From Octopus bimaculoides (taxonomy: Eukaryota), in the NCBI RefSeq assembly GCF_001194135.2, contig NC_068991.1, positions 28,726,013-28,762,585 of the forward strand: DNA of 36,573 nt, given 5' to 3'. Made by a program: the position numbers and the translations under genes. Positions 10,888-22,718 of this stretch are shown here, one piece after another. The number at the start of each line of letters is the position of its first letter. The first letter of the stretch is position 1. The notes under the pieces were generated by a model. It searched no databases and had not been told where the DNA came from. It saw only the letters and a list, made by a program, of their open reading frames with translations.

Positions 10888-11469
10888 TCTTCAGTATCTC
10901 CAGGCAATCCTTTCTGCCACCGAGCAAGATAAAGATTATACACAGAAATTCTCCATTGAACTGACACCAGTAACATTGAAGCCACACTATATAGCATCAA
11001 CTGAGATGGCTCAGATGTATGTGTGTGTTTGACTTGTGTCTTCCCTGTAGTATCCACTACAGCTAGCCTGCTATCTGCCATTCACATGAGTGTTTTCACT
11101 CTTGACAGAAAATAGAAAATAGGAGAAACCACACTCAGAGCTACCAAGGGAAATGAGCAAGGAGGCATACACTTAGAGAAATATCTGAACTCTCTGACCC
11201 TGTCTGTGAGTGGAACTGTGCATCAAAGAAAAGATTCACAAATGAAGATGGTCACCATTGGACAATATTACATGTATGTCTCTCATAATAAATAATATAT
11301 AATGGTTGTGATGTTAAGGTGTGGAATACTGACACATGATCATAAAACCTTCTTATTGCTTACTCCTTTTTCTTGACTGGACATACAAACAAATGTATCT
11401 TACTTCACTGAGAAGGATATTGTCAAATTGAAGAAATAACAAGTTCAGCAACTCGACCATCCCATCTGT

Positions 11470-11970
11470 GACAAGGAGGAATGGATGTAAAATAGTGATA
11501 TAGTTCTAGAATATGAACTAACAGAAAAAAGTGCAGAAAGCTATTATCCCTGCTAGTAACAAAAGACCTTTCTCCTTCAGAGTAAAAGTCAGAGTGTATG
11601 ATGCTTGTGTACAAACTGCAATGCTGCAAATAGTGAAACATATCCCCTGAATGCAGAGGAGATGCAATGACTCAAAAGAACTGAAGCTAGCATGTTGCAC
11701 TGGATGTGCAACATCAGTGTGCATGTTCAGCAGTGCAATATGCTTTAAGAGAAAAATTAGCATAAAAGATTGCACTGATAGGGTCATATAATGCATGTAG
11801 ATCAGGACAACTGTATAAAAAAGTGCTCATTGTGAAATATGGAACAGCGAAACCTAGGAAGAGGTTGGACAAAATAGCAAAAACCGACTTCAGGATGCTG
11901 AGCCTCAAAGGACTGATATTAGTGATTTGCTGTGCTCAAAAAGCCCTCATGGCAAAAGTAAAAGCCTAAA
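11470..11970 (+). pseudogene. RTE LINE RT C-terminal remnant
   Basis: Frameshifted LLSLLVTKDLS/FRVKVRVYDACVQTAML...EASMLHWMCNISVHVQ...PRKRLD, typical of the RTE C-terminal region. Confidence 0.7.
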
Positions 11971-12237
11971 AGCATATTGTTTATATCTATGTTCCTACAC
12001 CCAGTCTATCCCTATTAAGCCTTCCCCCATCTTCCTAACTTCCATCCTTCCATCACTTTTCTAACTAAATCATTACTTACTCAGCACTGCTGCAATTATA
12101 TGAGAGCAGAACTGCACATATTTCATCCCCTTTTGTAGTACCAGTTAAATTCTCCTTGGAATGACTTTCTTTTGTCACCCATCTCTCATTCTCAATATCA
12201 TCCATTCCTACTTTATTTTCTACTGAACATTCCTTTC

Positions 12238-12556
12238 ATTATCATCATCATTTAGCATCCATTTTCCATGCTGGCATGGGTTGATGGTTTGACTGGAACT
12301 GGTAAACCAAGGAGCTGTATCAGGTTTCAGTCTGTGTTGGCTTGGTTTCTACAGCTGGACACTCTTCCTAACATCAGCCACTCCACAGAGTGTATCAAGT
12401 GCCTTTAACATGTCACTAGCTAATATGCATTTAACGTGTCACCAGCTATATGCATTTAATGTGTCACCAAATAATATGCATTAATGTGTCACCAGCTAAT
12501 ATGCATCTAACGTGTCACCAGCACGGGTGCCTTTAACGTGTCACTGGCGCCTTTAA
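12238..12556 (-). mobile_element. RTE LINE 3' UTR and tail containing a 25-26-bp minisatellite at 12411-12556
   Basis: ATCATCATCATTTAGCATCCATTTTCCATGCTGGCATGGG tail, then about 6 units of TGTCACCAGCTAATATGCATTTAACG-like sequence. Confidence 0.8.
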
Positions 12557-13126
12557 AATGTGTCAGAATTACTAGGTGCTAGACAAAAATACCTTGAGAT
12601 GTTTGGTTTCTTTCCTTTACATCCTAAATGCAAATTCTGCTCAGATCCACCTTACCTTTCATTTTATCTGGACCAGTAAAATACATAATGGGGCTATGTG
12701 ATCAACTATATCCCTAAAGTCAGTGCCTGAGCATTACCACGGTTTAGTGACTAAAACAAGTTAAAAAATAAAAGGTGTATGTGTGTGTGTGTATATAATG
12801 CAACTATGCAAAGTATATACAAGCCAAAAATTATTTGTAATTTTTTTTTTTCTATGTAAATGTCTTTGATCAACATAGGCTAATATATGTTAATGAGGTT
12901 GAATAAATTGAAACATTCTCACAGTTGTATCCCTTCCTCCCTTTTTAAGAGTTACTAGCAATTGCTTACCTTTGTTTAGTTTCCCCCAGTTCAGAGTGAA
13001 TTATTACAATAAAGAATGTTTTGCACTTAGTTACTCTACCCCTCAACAATCAGAAAGTCTGTTTTACTGCTAGTCATTCCAAATATTTTCATTTGATTTG
13101 ATTGTTTTTACCTTTTATCGTCTCAG

Positions 13127-13354
13127 GTACTCCTATGAAACAAAGTGTGAAATACCCTTAGCGCGTTCTGGTTCAATTGCTCAACTTATAGATGACAAGT
13201 TATACGTTCATGGCGGTCACACAAAACAAGGAAACACTAACTCTATATATTGTTTAAACATTAAAACAATGGAATGGAAAAAACTACTGTCCAATTATGA
13301 AGGGCCGTTACCCAGTCCAAGGGATAAACATTCTTCATGGGTGTACAAAAATAA
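13127..13354 (+). CDS. KLHDC2: KLHDC2-like coding exon 3 (YSYETKCEIPLARSGS...LYVHGGHTKQGNTN...PSPRDKHSSWVYKNK)
   Basis: Acceptor TCTCAG, donor GTAAGT, 228 nt, phase 2 to 2; matches GGHHSRGNTN and KDKLGVWVYKNK. Confidence 0.93.
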
Positions 13355-13541
13355 GTAAGTATGTCTGTGGTTGTGAACTCCATGTAAAAAATATGTATAT
13401 TTATATCTTTTTGTTGTGTCTTGTAAATAATCCAAGGCAGGTAGTTAAAAAGAAAATGGTTATAATCAGAATACAGTTTGTTCTAAACTTGAGTTACTTA
13501 TAACGAAAACAATCACTATATATATATATATATATATATAT

Positions 13542-13563
13542 NNNNNNNNNNNNNNNNNNNNNN
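13542..13563. other. Assembly gap (22 N) after a (TA)n run
   Basis: Run of N. Confidence 1.
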
Positions 13564-14027
13564 ATCTCACTGGTATGGTTGTGTGAATCAGAAGTTCGCT
13601 TCCCAACCTTATGTACAACTATATGTGTTAACTGTATTGTTTGTAAAGTGGGTTGCATTAGAAAGGACATCCTGTAGAAACCACACCAAAACAGATGGAG
13701 CATAATGCAGTCCAACAATTCAGATTCTGTTGGATTATCCTGTTCTTGTTAGCATGGAAAGTGATTGTTAATTGATGATGTGTCTTTGTATACATACATA
13801 AATAAATAAATTGCTATATGCAAGAGGAGCAGTATTAGTTTAAAATAGCTATCCGTGCAACATGTAAATACTGCAGTTAATCTGGCTTTCCATGAGATAT
13901 CTGCATTAAGTATGGTACGCAGATTGCTATTTTAAACTAATCTATCGCAACATCAGTGATTTTTTTTTTTTTTTCAATCACTGTTTTCCTATATCAATGG
14001 CAAGTGTGTGGTTGCTTGTGGATACTT

Positions 14028-14069
14028 GCTACTGATGAAGCCCCAAAAAGGCAGAAATGAACATTTAGC
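14028..14069 (+). ncRNA. Degenerate minimal type I hammerhead-ribozyme-like motif
   Basis: GCTA-CTGATGA-aGCC(ccaaaaa)GGCa-GAAA-TG(aa)CA-T-T-TAGC: core boxes and three stems in the correct order, AUU triplet, A-A mismatch closing stem II. Confidence 0.5.
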
Positions 14070-14218
14070 CAAGCCACCAAAACTGGTGGACAATTTTTAT
14101 CTGCGATCTATATATTTTTGTTTTTAACATTGTACATCCATAAGAGATACCTTCTTAAGATGAATATTACATTTAATATGGATTTTCATGATGTATCTAC
14201 ATTAAGTATGATATAGAC

Positions 14219-14249
<31 letters not shown>

Positions 14250-14548
14250 TACATACAAGCACATGTATGTGATGATTGTAAATGAGCATCATCATACAAG
14301 CAATGTTGTTTGCGTCCAGTTTTCCATGAAAAACATGGAAGACATTAACTTACTTAGCAACAGGAAGGGTATCTGGCTGTAGAAAAATCTGCTTCAACGA
14401 ATTCTGTCTGGCCTGTGTAAGCATGGAAAAATGTGAGTTACACAATGATGATAATGATGTGTGTGTGAACATGCACAGATAATTATGTGTTTTATGAGCT
14501 GAATGTATGTCCTTAGTAATGTAATTTTTTTGTCCAATTTGATTGTAG

Positions 14549-14636
14549 GCTTTATTGTTTTGGAGGGCACGGTCCTGACATAACTGACTTCTTATGTGAC
14601 AGTGGTGAATATGTTGAAGATGTCAGCAGTGATATG
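14549..14636 (+). CDS. KLHDC2: KLHDC2-like coding exon 4 (LYCFGGHGPDITDFLCDSGEYVEDVSSDM)
   Basis: Acceptor TTGTAG, donor GTTTGT (weaker consensus), 88 nt, phase 2 to 0; matches LIFFGGYG...FEFDE. Confidence 0.85.
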
Positions 14637-15308
14637 GTTTGTGTCTAGCTTTTACTCTTCTTATGTTCTCATATGACACATTTTAACATTTCAATTGGTT
14701 TTAGAGAATTCTTAATAGACTCTTGTAATGTTCCAGCATGACTACCAATTAAAGAACCACACAATAGTATGTTTTTTTTATCAGGTTAGTTTCAAGAAAG
14801 TGCTGTTCCCATGGCTTTTGCAGGCCCTCTGGAACAGGTGAGATTAACATGGTTAAAATTTGTCTTGAGCAGTTGCAGACAAAAAGAAGGAAAAAAACAT
14901 TCAGGATGGGAAATACAAGGATCTGACATCCCGGACGAAAAGGGTTCTGTTTAGTGATTAGAATGTGTTTGGTAGAGTTGGTTTTGGCTGGAACTAAGAT
15001 GAGTGATGAGATGAAGGGAGAGGTGAGTGAATTGGGAATATCTGAGTAGAGAACACATAAGACCAGCTAGTTTTGAGATGCAGAGGCCACTATAGTAATA
15101 GTGGAAAACAGGGAGGAGGCATGTAATCCACCATGTATCATCATTTACATAACTGCATATCCACCATGGGTCATAATTATGTGATCAGGGACATTGACAA
15201 TATATTAAGAAGTCTCTAAAACTTTGTAGATTCCACCCTACAAAAGTACTTGTACCTGGTCTCTTAATTTGCTAAAAATAGCATCCAACTGCTAAAAGCA
15301 ATAGTCGG

Positions 15309-15720
15309 GTCAAGACAAAGATCCAGTTTTATGTTAGCTTCTTGGAGGACTCCACCTCGTCTGTTTCTGTTGTGGGTGAGAATGTCGAAAATGTTGATAG
15401 CTTCACTTATCTTGGCAGTGAGATCCATAGCAGCATTAGTTGTGAGTCTAAAGTTCTAAAAAGACTTGAATGCGCTGGTGCAGTTGTGGACTCATTGCAC
15501 AAGAGTGTTTGGTGCTGCTGATATCTAAGCAGGAGGACAGTATTCTTTTCACTGAGGATTCAGCATGATTGACCACATGACAGATGAGGAGGTATCTTGT
15601 GGAGATAGGAACTGACTGGGACTCTTCTCAATCAACAGGTGACTGGAGAGGACTTAGGAATATGCTGAGAACTGGTGAATGCAGCATGTTGCAATACCAC
15701 ATGACCCCCACACCTGATCT
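15309..15720 (+). pseudogene. LINE (RTE/RTE-X-like) RT C-terminal remnant
   Basis: VKTKIQ...GENVENVDSFTYLGSEIH...KRLECAG...VWCC*YLSRRT. Confidence 0.75.
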
Positions 15721-15741
15721 GAAATATATATATAAATACAT

Positions 15742-16310
15742 GTAGGTGCAGGTGTGGCTATGTGGTAAGAGTGGAGGTGCAATGGCCCAGTGGTTAGGGC
15801 AGCGGACTCGTGATCGTAGGATCGCGGTTTCGATTCCCAGACTGGGTGTTGTGTTTATTGAGCAAAAACACCTAAAGCGCCACGAGGCTCCGGCAGGGGA
15901 TGGTGGCGAACCCTGCTGTACTCTTTCACAACTTTCTCTCACTCTTTCTTCCTATTTCTGTTGTACCTGTATTTCAAAGGGCCAGCCTTGTCACACTCTG
16001 TGTCACGCTGAATCTCCCCCGAGAACTACGTTAAGGGTACACATGTCTGTGGAGTGCTCAGCCACTTGCACATTAATTTCACGAACAGACTGTTCCATTG
16101 ATCAGATCAACTAGAACCCTCATCGTCGTAACCGATGGAGTGCCAACCATGTGGTAAGAAGCTTGCTTCCCAAGTACATGGTTCTGGGTTCAGTCCCACT
16201 GTGTGGCACCTTGAACAAATGTCTTCTACTATAGCCTCAGGCCGACCAAAGCCTTATGACTGGATTTGGTAGATGGAAACTAAAAGAAGCCTGTCGTATG
16301 TATGCACACA
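15742..16310 (+). mobile_element. tRNA-derived SINE, family B, interrupted by a younger SINE
   Basis: GTAGGTGCAGGTGTGGCTATGTGGTAAGA|AGCTTGCTTCCCAA...GGTTCAGTCCCACTG...GAAGCCTGTCG; colinear with the minus-strand copy at 24375-24538. Confidence 0.85.
15771..16148 (+). mobile_element. Young tRNA-derived SINE, family C (378 bp), with 11-bp TSD ATGTGGTAAGA
   Basis: Box A TGGCCCAGTGG, box B GGTTTCGATTCCC, CpG-rich; TSD at 15760-15770 and 16149-16159. Confidence 0.9.
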
Positions 16311-16912
16311 CACACACACACACATATATATGTATATACCAGCTAGCTCCTGAAGGGCTCTTCATTGGGCCTTGGGCCCAACAATGACACTTCATGCATT
16401 GAGTGCATATAAAATTTGATTAAACTTGACCAATATTTTTCAAGCAATGAGCAATTTTCATCAAAACAATGATGTAATTTGTCAACTTGGAACTTATTGC
16501 AAAGCTACATGATAAACAAGATTTTTTGTCTTCCCATTCAGGGTTCAGTACAATGTTTTTTCTGTCTCACCTCTTTCTTTCTCTCTGTCTTTTTCTGTTG
16601 TTTTCAACCATCACCAGTACCACCTCCATCACCACCACAACTGCCATACACACACCATTCAGACATCTGATGCCACCACCATCAATACCTTTGACTTCGC
16701 CATCTTCCCCACCACCACCATCACCACCTATCACAACTACAGCTCTTATTATTACTATCACCCTATTACCGTCACACCCATCAATCTACTAATACCCTCA
16801 CCGTCTCTATGCCTACTGTTACTCTCATCCCATCATGAGGAATAGTAGAAGTGTCATTGAATAGTGAGAAAAGGGGTCAAAGTGTGACACTGGCACGTGT
16901 TTTGGCATTTAT

Positions 16913-16945
<33 letters not shown>

Positions 16946-16949
16946 GTAT

Positions 16950-17160
16950 GTATATGTGTGTGTATGTCTTTGTGTCTGTTTGCCCCCCCCCCCCACTGCT
17001 TGACAACTGGTATTCATGTGTTTACATCCCCATAACGTAGCAGTTTGGCCAAAGTACCAATAGAATAAATACCAGGCTTAAAAAAATAAGGGGTCAATGC
17101 ATTTGATTAAACAAAATTCAAGGTGGTGCCCCAGCATGCCCATAGTCTGACTGAAACAAG
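16950..17160 (+). mobile_element. 3' module of SINE family B
   Basis: Reverse complement of 24182-24372 (CCACTGCTTGACAACTGG...GTTTACATCCC...ACCAGGCTTAAAAAA...CCCCAGCATG). Confidence 0.7.
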
Positions 17161-17861
17161 TAAAAGAATATATATAATATGTATATATATACATACATAC
17201 GTATGTACATACATACATGTGTGTGTGTGTGTGTGTGTGTAATAACTTTGATAGGTTTCGGCCAGTATAGGCCCAGGCCATGTTTAACTTCATATAATGA
17301 TGATAATATATATAAAAGGAGATGGCTCCAATAACATCACTTAATGTAAGTTTTTCTAAAACAAAAGACAATACAGTTAGGAATGGATCTTGCTTTTAGA
17401 CCCTTTAAAAACACAGACCTTGCACTGGTTATGTAATCACCATGCCTTCCTCATGCATATGGTATTATTTTCCCTACGCATCAACCTCCGTTACTCTCAC
17501 AATCCCATTCTGCCATACCTGAATTCCTATACACACCACAGGAAAAAACACACATACACACCTCACCCTGAGCCCATTGCAGTGTAATGGATACACTCCT
17601 ATACATGCATGCACCCCACACCACTTTGCTTTCCAGCTCCCACCACGGAACTGTATTCCCACCTGACCCCTAACCTGCTGTGTTTCAACCCTCACTCCAG
17701 ACACATTTTCTCATTTCCTCTCTTTAATTTTCTTCTCTATCTTCTAATGAAAGACTAAGATTCTAAATGTCAAGACTTTTTCTTTTTAAGTATTGAATTA
17801 ATACATTTGTTAAAACTTGTTCCTCCTATATTGTCTTCTTTCTTTTCATGTCCATTGCCTT

Positions 17862-17892
<31 letters not shown>

Positions 17893-17981
17893 TACACACT
17901 CATATGCATGTTATGTATCTGTCTGTACGTGCAAATGCATAAGTACCTATATATTTGCTATATTTCTTTATTTTTCAACAG

Positions 17982-18059
17982 TCTTACCCTCGTGGTTGGA
18001 ACAATCAACTCCTGATATTTGACTGTGACCGACATTGTTGGTCAAATCCAAAATGCACT
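17982..18059 (+). CDS. KLHDC2: KLHDC2-like coding exon 5 (SYPRGWNNQLLIFDCDRHCWSNPKCT)
   Basis: Long pyrimidine tract plus CAACAG, donor GTAAGT, 78 nt, phase 0 to 0; matches HPRGWNDHVHILDTETFTWSQP. Confidence 0.92.
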
Positions 18060-18352
18060 GTAAGTATATATATTGCCATATTTCATTCCATAACAGTCAT
18101 TTCTGATGAGCACAGGGTTACATAATCGGACTGTTACCTAATATTCTGTTGAAACCCTATTGCGAAACCGATTGGTAAGATTGGCCGTGATGGACATATA
18201 ATACTTCAATTAATATATATATTTATATTTTTTACACATTTCTTAATATTTTAAATTTCTACAACTTTACTCCCTGTGGGGTTTTATCTCTTGGCCAGCT
18301 TTTCATTTATGTGACTTAGTTTAGTATTACTTCTGAGCTCACCCCTATAGCT

Positions 18353-18577
18353 TTAGTCCTTTAGCATTCAGATTACTCTATCATATGTAATGCTTACTTA
18401 TTCACATTGTTTTGAATTAATTACATATCATCTTTGTAGCTTTGAAATTTCAATAATGGGATTATTTATTTCTAGAATGACATTCTAGGGTAGGTGTGAG
18501 AGGCTAGGTCTGAACAGTTTAAATGTAAAGCAAATAGAATATTAAGACTGGATATGGCCAGTTTAAATGTTAGAGGT
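18353..18577 (+). mobile_element. ~225-bp MITE with TTAACCCTTTAGCATT-type ends (piggyBac-like), degenerate copy
   Basis: Colinear with 22356-22581 and 30689-30773. Confidence 0.75.
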
Positions 18578-19879
18578 GGAAGGTTCTTATATACAAATTA
18601 TCTTTAAAACTGTTATGAAAATTTATCTCAACTCTATATCCTTATCACCATTACCATTGTACATCTGCCTCCTCAGCTATACTTCCACCACCACTATCAC
18701 CACAGCTGTATTCTCATGAACAGCTGTATTACTACGCCCCTGCTTCAACCACTATCTCTCTCTTGTCACTGCAACAATTCTTCCAATAAGATCACCATTA
18801 CTGTACACATTCCACTACACCTATACTCACTCACTGCTACACAACATCTATATTCCTTGAATCAATTACTCATTATATACTTCTAACCAATGAAGGGATC
18901 CTCCACATGGTGATTTGACCTATTAAAAATTGTAGCCAAACCTTCTTTCAAATTTCACCCTAGTGTCTTTTAAAAAAAGGACACTTTAGATAATGTAATC
19001 CTAAATATACTTTGAATAAAAGAGAGGATGGTTTATGTTTCAAACATCTCAGTGACCTGTCCTTTTCAAGGTTAGAAAATAGTTCTTCTGAACTGTTGCC
19101 AACCAAGTAAGACACACAATGGAGTACTACCCCATCATTCTGTCACAGTGCTGCTGCTGCTCCTACTGCTACTACCACACAAACACATCCTAGACCGCAT
19201 TTAAAAGGTCAACCAATTGATTAGCAAAGACTCTCTCCCCAACAAATGTGCTGTGTCTTCTTTTAGACTATTTTATATCTACTACAATAGCTTCTACTCC
19301 TCTGAACTAACTCCCAACTCACTCAAAGAACCCATCTGGCACACTTGTTTCTCAGCTCTTGTTATCCCTATGTGTCTCATATGATTGACCCTCGCAGACT
19401 CCAATCTAATCACTTTTTATTTACCCAGTCCTTACCCTAATGAATGTCAACTCTCTGTAATTTCTGCACCTCCACCCAGTTTTACCTGCAGTTGTTTATG
19501 TTGAACATAAACTGCATCAGTCTCTTCATACTCAGAGAAATAGAAAAAAAATCATAGAAGCTGGCCCTATCTCTTGATTAAAGACATGTAATTTACCATC
19601 ATTTTTATGTCTGTTTTTCCATACTTTCACCAGTTTTTCCTTGTCTTCTTCTCCCACAGGTCACTTTCATTTGAACCCTTGGCACTTCTTTATCCTGTTA
19701 TCCCCCTCCATATACATCACATGTCCACACTAATGTAATCTCCTCTTACACACTACTTTTCATTTTATACTCAATTTTTCCGTCAGCTCCGTTGATTTTT
19801 TTTCCCACTCTATTCTTAATTTGGCTTTTCTGCTTTCAAATTACTTATCTCCTTTATTGGTCATCTTGACAAAAGAAGC

Positions 19880-20250
19880 TTTCAACTACTTCTATGAAAC
19901 CTCCCATGTTCTTATTGCCAGCTGTTTTTGTGTATCCCACACATAGTCGTTCTTCCTTGTCATTCTGCCAATTGTCTTAGCTGCACCTTTTGTGCACCCA
20001 TAATTTACATTATGCACACTATATAGAATTCCTACTAACTCCTTTTTGGCATATTGGCCACTTCTCTGTCAAGTTCTGTTTTCTTGCTAATCAAATTTTT
20101 TTGGTCTTTGCTAGGTATACTTCGAGGCCTCTCAATTCTAGGTTTACTTCCTTGTTTTTAAATTTGTTTTGAAAACCTTGAACATTTTCAGCCTTGAGAA
20201 CTAGGTCATTGGAACACAAAGACAGCTGAGCTTTAACTCTTCTGTTTGGT
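19880..20250 (-). pseudogene. RTE LINE RT remnant including a cysteine-rich (CxxC) insert
   Basis: Minus strand, frameshifted: ...YLAKTKK...KWPIC.KGVSRNSI*CA*CKLWVHKRCS...DYVC. Confidence 0.65.
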
Positions 20251-20878
20251 CTGCAAAGCTATAATAAACAGAAAGAGGCTGAAAAACTGAACTTCAACAG
20301 ATTCCTACATGCACACTAAATTATTTGCTGAGCTCATTGCCAACTCTCAACCTACTGCATCTTAATACATGGCTTGCATGATCTCGCAGTTCGTTCATCT
20401 AAACCAAGTTTACATAGTAACTACAGTTACACACTGTCAAATCTCCAGATCATGAGTATTAGACATAGTAGCTTTCTCTTAGCTAAGAACTTCTGTAGGA
20501 AGACAGCAATAGTATTCCATTCTGACACAAAACCAACTGCACCTTACCTAAGCTAATAGGTACGTTTCCTAATCAGTTGTACTGTAACTCTATTACTTTC
20601 ATAATTTGGTCCTTCAGTTTGATGCCTCTTTGTCATTGTCATCATCAACTTTATCATTTTCACATGCACATTCCCTACTTGCATGGGTCAGAGGGAATTC
20701 ATTGACTTAGATTTTCTGTGACTATATACCCTTCCGGTTGCCAAACCTCACCTGTTTCCAGATACGGTAATATTTCCCCATGGCCAAAACAATGTACACC
20801 TTGTATGATGGTGATACCTATTTACAACTATCACACCAAATCAAAAGGAGCAGGCACTAATACACACACACACACACA

Positions 20879-22123
20879 TTGGGTCATCCCATAAATAATG
20901 CAGTTTTTTTCAATTGCATGAACTAAAAGTTGGAGGGGGATGGGATAAGCTACCTGCATCAACTTGCTGTAAAAGCAGGTAGTAATTTTACCTTGTATTT
21001 ATTCTTAGTGCAAGTTTTGAAGAGTGCAGTTCGATTTTAACAGTTATTTTTTCAAAGCTATAATGGAAGTGACAAAGGAGCATATTCAGCATATTTTGCT
21101 TTATGAGTTCAATAAAGGCAACAACACAATGGAAAGTGCGAGGAATATTAATGTAGTATATGGGGATCAGAAAATAAGCATAAGCCAGTGTCATCGGTAG
21201 TTCCAGAAATTCCGAGCTGGAAACTACAGCCTAGAAGACGTGCCTTGTCCTGGAAGATCTGTAGGGCTCAACAAGATCATCCTGCAAACCCTGGTAGAAC
21301 AAAATCCCATCGTAACTGTTGAACTAGCATAGAAGCTTGGATTTGGTCATTCGACCATTCATCAACATCTGTGTGCCATCAGAAAAGTCAGTAAATTGGG
21401 CCACAAACTTTCCAAGTCTAATAGCATGCAGAGAGTGAATGTGTGCTCTTCTTTGCTGTCACGTCTCATAAATGAACTTTTTGTGGACCGAATAGTGACT
21501 GGTGACAAGAAATGGGTTCTATATAAAAATGTCAAGTGCCAAAGACAGCGATAGAGAAAGGAGAAACACTAGCACCCGAGGCTAAAGAAGGTTTTCACCA
21601 TGTAAGGTGTTGTTATGTTAGGTGGGATATGAAAGGTTTAGTCCACTTTGAACTTTTAAATCCAAACCAAATGATAACAAAGGAAATCTGCAAGCAGCTT
21701 AAGCGGCTTAAGTCAGCTAGAAGTAAAACAAAGGTGAAAGATGTACTTCCATCAGCATAATGCTTGGATACATACAGTGAGGATGACATTCCAAAGGCTA
21801 GAGCAGTTTGAATGGGAAATGATGCCTCACCCACTATATTATCATTGGATATTGCCCCATCTGATTATCATTTATTCTGCAGTTTTCAAAACTATTGGAA
21901 CAGAAAAAATATGAATTCTGTAGACAAGGTCAGAACAGTACTGGAGGAATATTTTTCACCATGGACAAGTGAATTTTGGAAGAGGGGGCCTTGCAAGTCT
22001 ACCAGATAGATGGAAGAACATTGTAGAAAATGAAGGAGAGTATATTTTAGACTAAAAACGAACTTTATCTTAACTTTGAAAAATAAAAGAAGTATAAAAA
22101 AACTGCATTATGGGATAACCCAA
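20879..22123 (+). mobile_element. Full-length (1245 bp) mariner DNA transposon, inactive
   Basis: TIRs TTGGGTCATCCCAtaaaTAATGCAGTTTTTTT and AAAAAAACTGCATTATGGGATAACCCAA; TA follows the right end; inserted in a (CA)n tract. Confidence 0.92.
21063..22055 (+). pseudogene. Mariner transposase pseudogene
   Basis: MEVTKEHIQHILLYEFNKG...R*FQKFRAGNYSLED (HTH), RIVTGDKKWVLY, SLDIAPSDYHLF, RWKNIVENEGEYILD*; several stops and frameshifts. Confidence 0.92.
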
Positions 22124-22355
22124 TACACACACACACACACACACACATAACTGGTTTCTTCAAATTTCTGTCTATTAAATCCACTCAAAAGCGTTTGATC
22201 TGCTGCAGCTATAGTAGTAGAGAGACTTGCCTAAGGTGACATACAGTGAGACTAAACCTAAAACAATATGATGATTAGGATGTAAACTTAACTGCACAAC
22301 CACGTCTATGCCTATATATACTATATCTCTGTGAATATACAAGCTGCCCCAAAAC

Positions 22356-22581
22356 TCACCCTTCAGCATTCAGATTTCTCTCTCAAATGTAATGCTTATT
22401 TATTCAAATTGTTTTGAATTAAGCATGCATTATCCTGTAGCTTTGCAATTTTGATGACGTGGTTGTTTATTTTTAGAATGACATCACAGGGTAGGTGTGA
22501 GAGGCCAAATCTGACTGGTTTGGACGTAAAAGAGATTGAATATTTTGGCCGGATATGGCTGGTTTAAATGCTAAAGGGTTA
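22356..22581 (+). mobile_element. ~225-bp piggyBac-like MITE
   Basis: Left TCACCCTTCAGCATT is inverted to right AATGCTAAAGGGTTA. Confidence 0.8.
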
Positions 22582-22718
22582 CTAAAATTATCCATAAATA
22601 TTTAACATTAAGAAATATTTCATTTATAGTCTCTTGGTAACTTGTGGGACATCTCATGTGATACAACTTGTGGATGGGACATTAGTTAATACTGACATTA
22701 CACTTTTATTTTCCCTAG

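Noticed and set aside
15771-15845. tRNA gene
   Set aside because: Boxes A and B are present but there is no complete cloverleaf; it continues into a SINE body and is bounded by a TSD.
16479-16792. Pro/Thr-rich ORFs
   Set aside because: Translation of CCA/ACC low-complexity repeats.
17255-17273. Minus-strand GGCC(tatact)GGCC-GAAAC hammerhead fragment
   Set aside because: No CUGAnGA box upstream.
18103-18155. CTGATGAG...GAAAC hammerhead candidate in intron 5
   Set aside because: Stem II does not close properly, and I found no stem III with an NUH triplet or a stem I.
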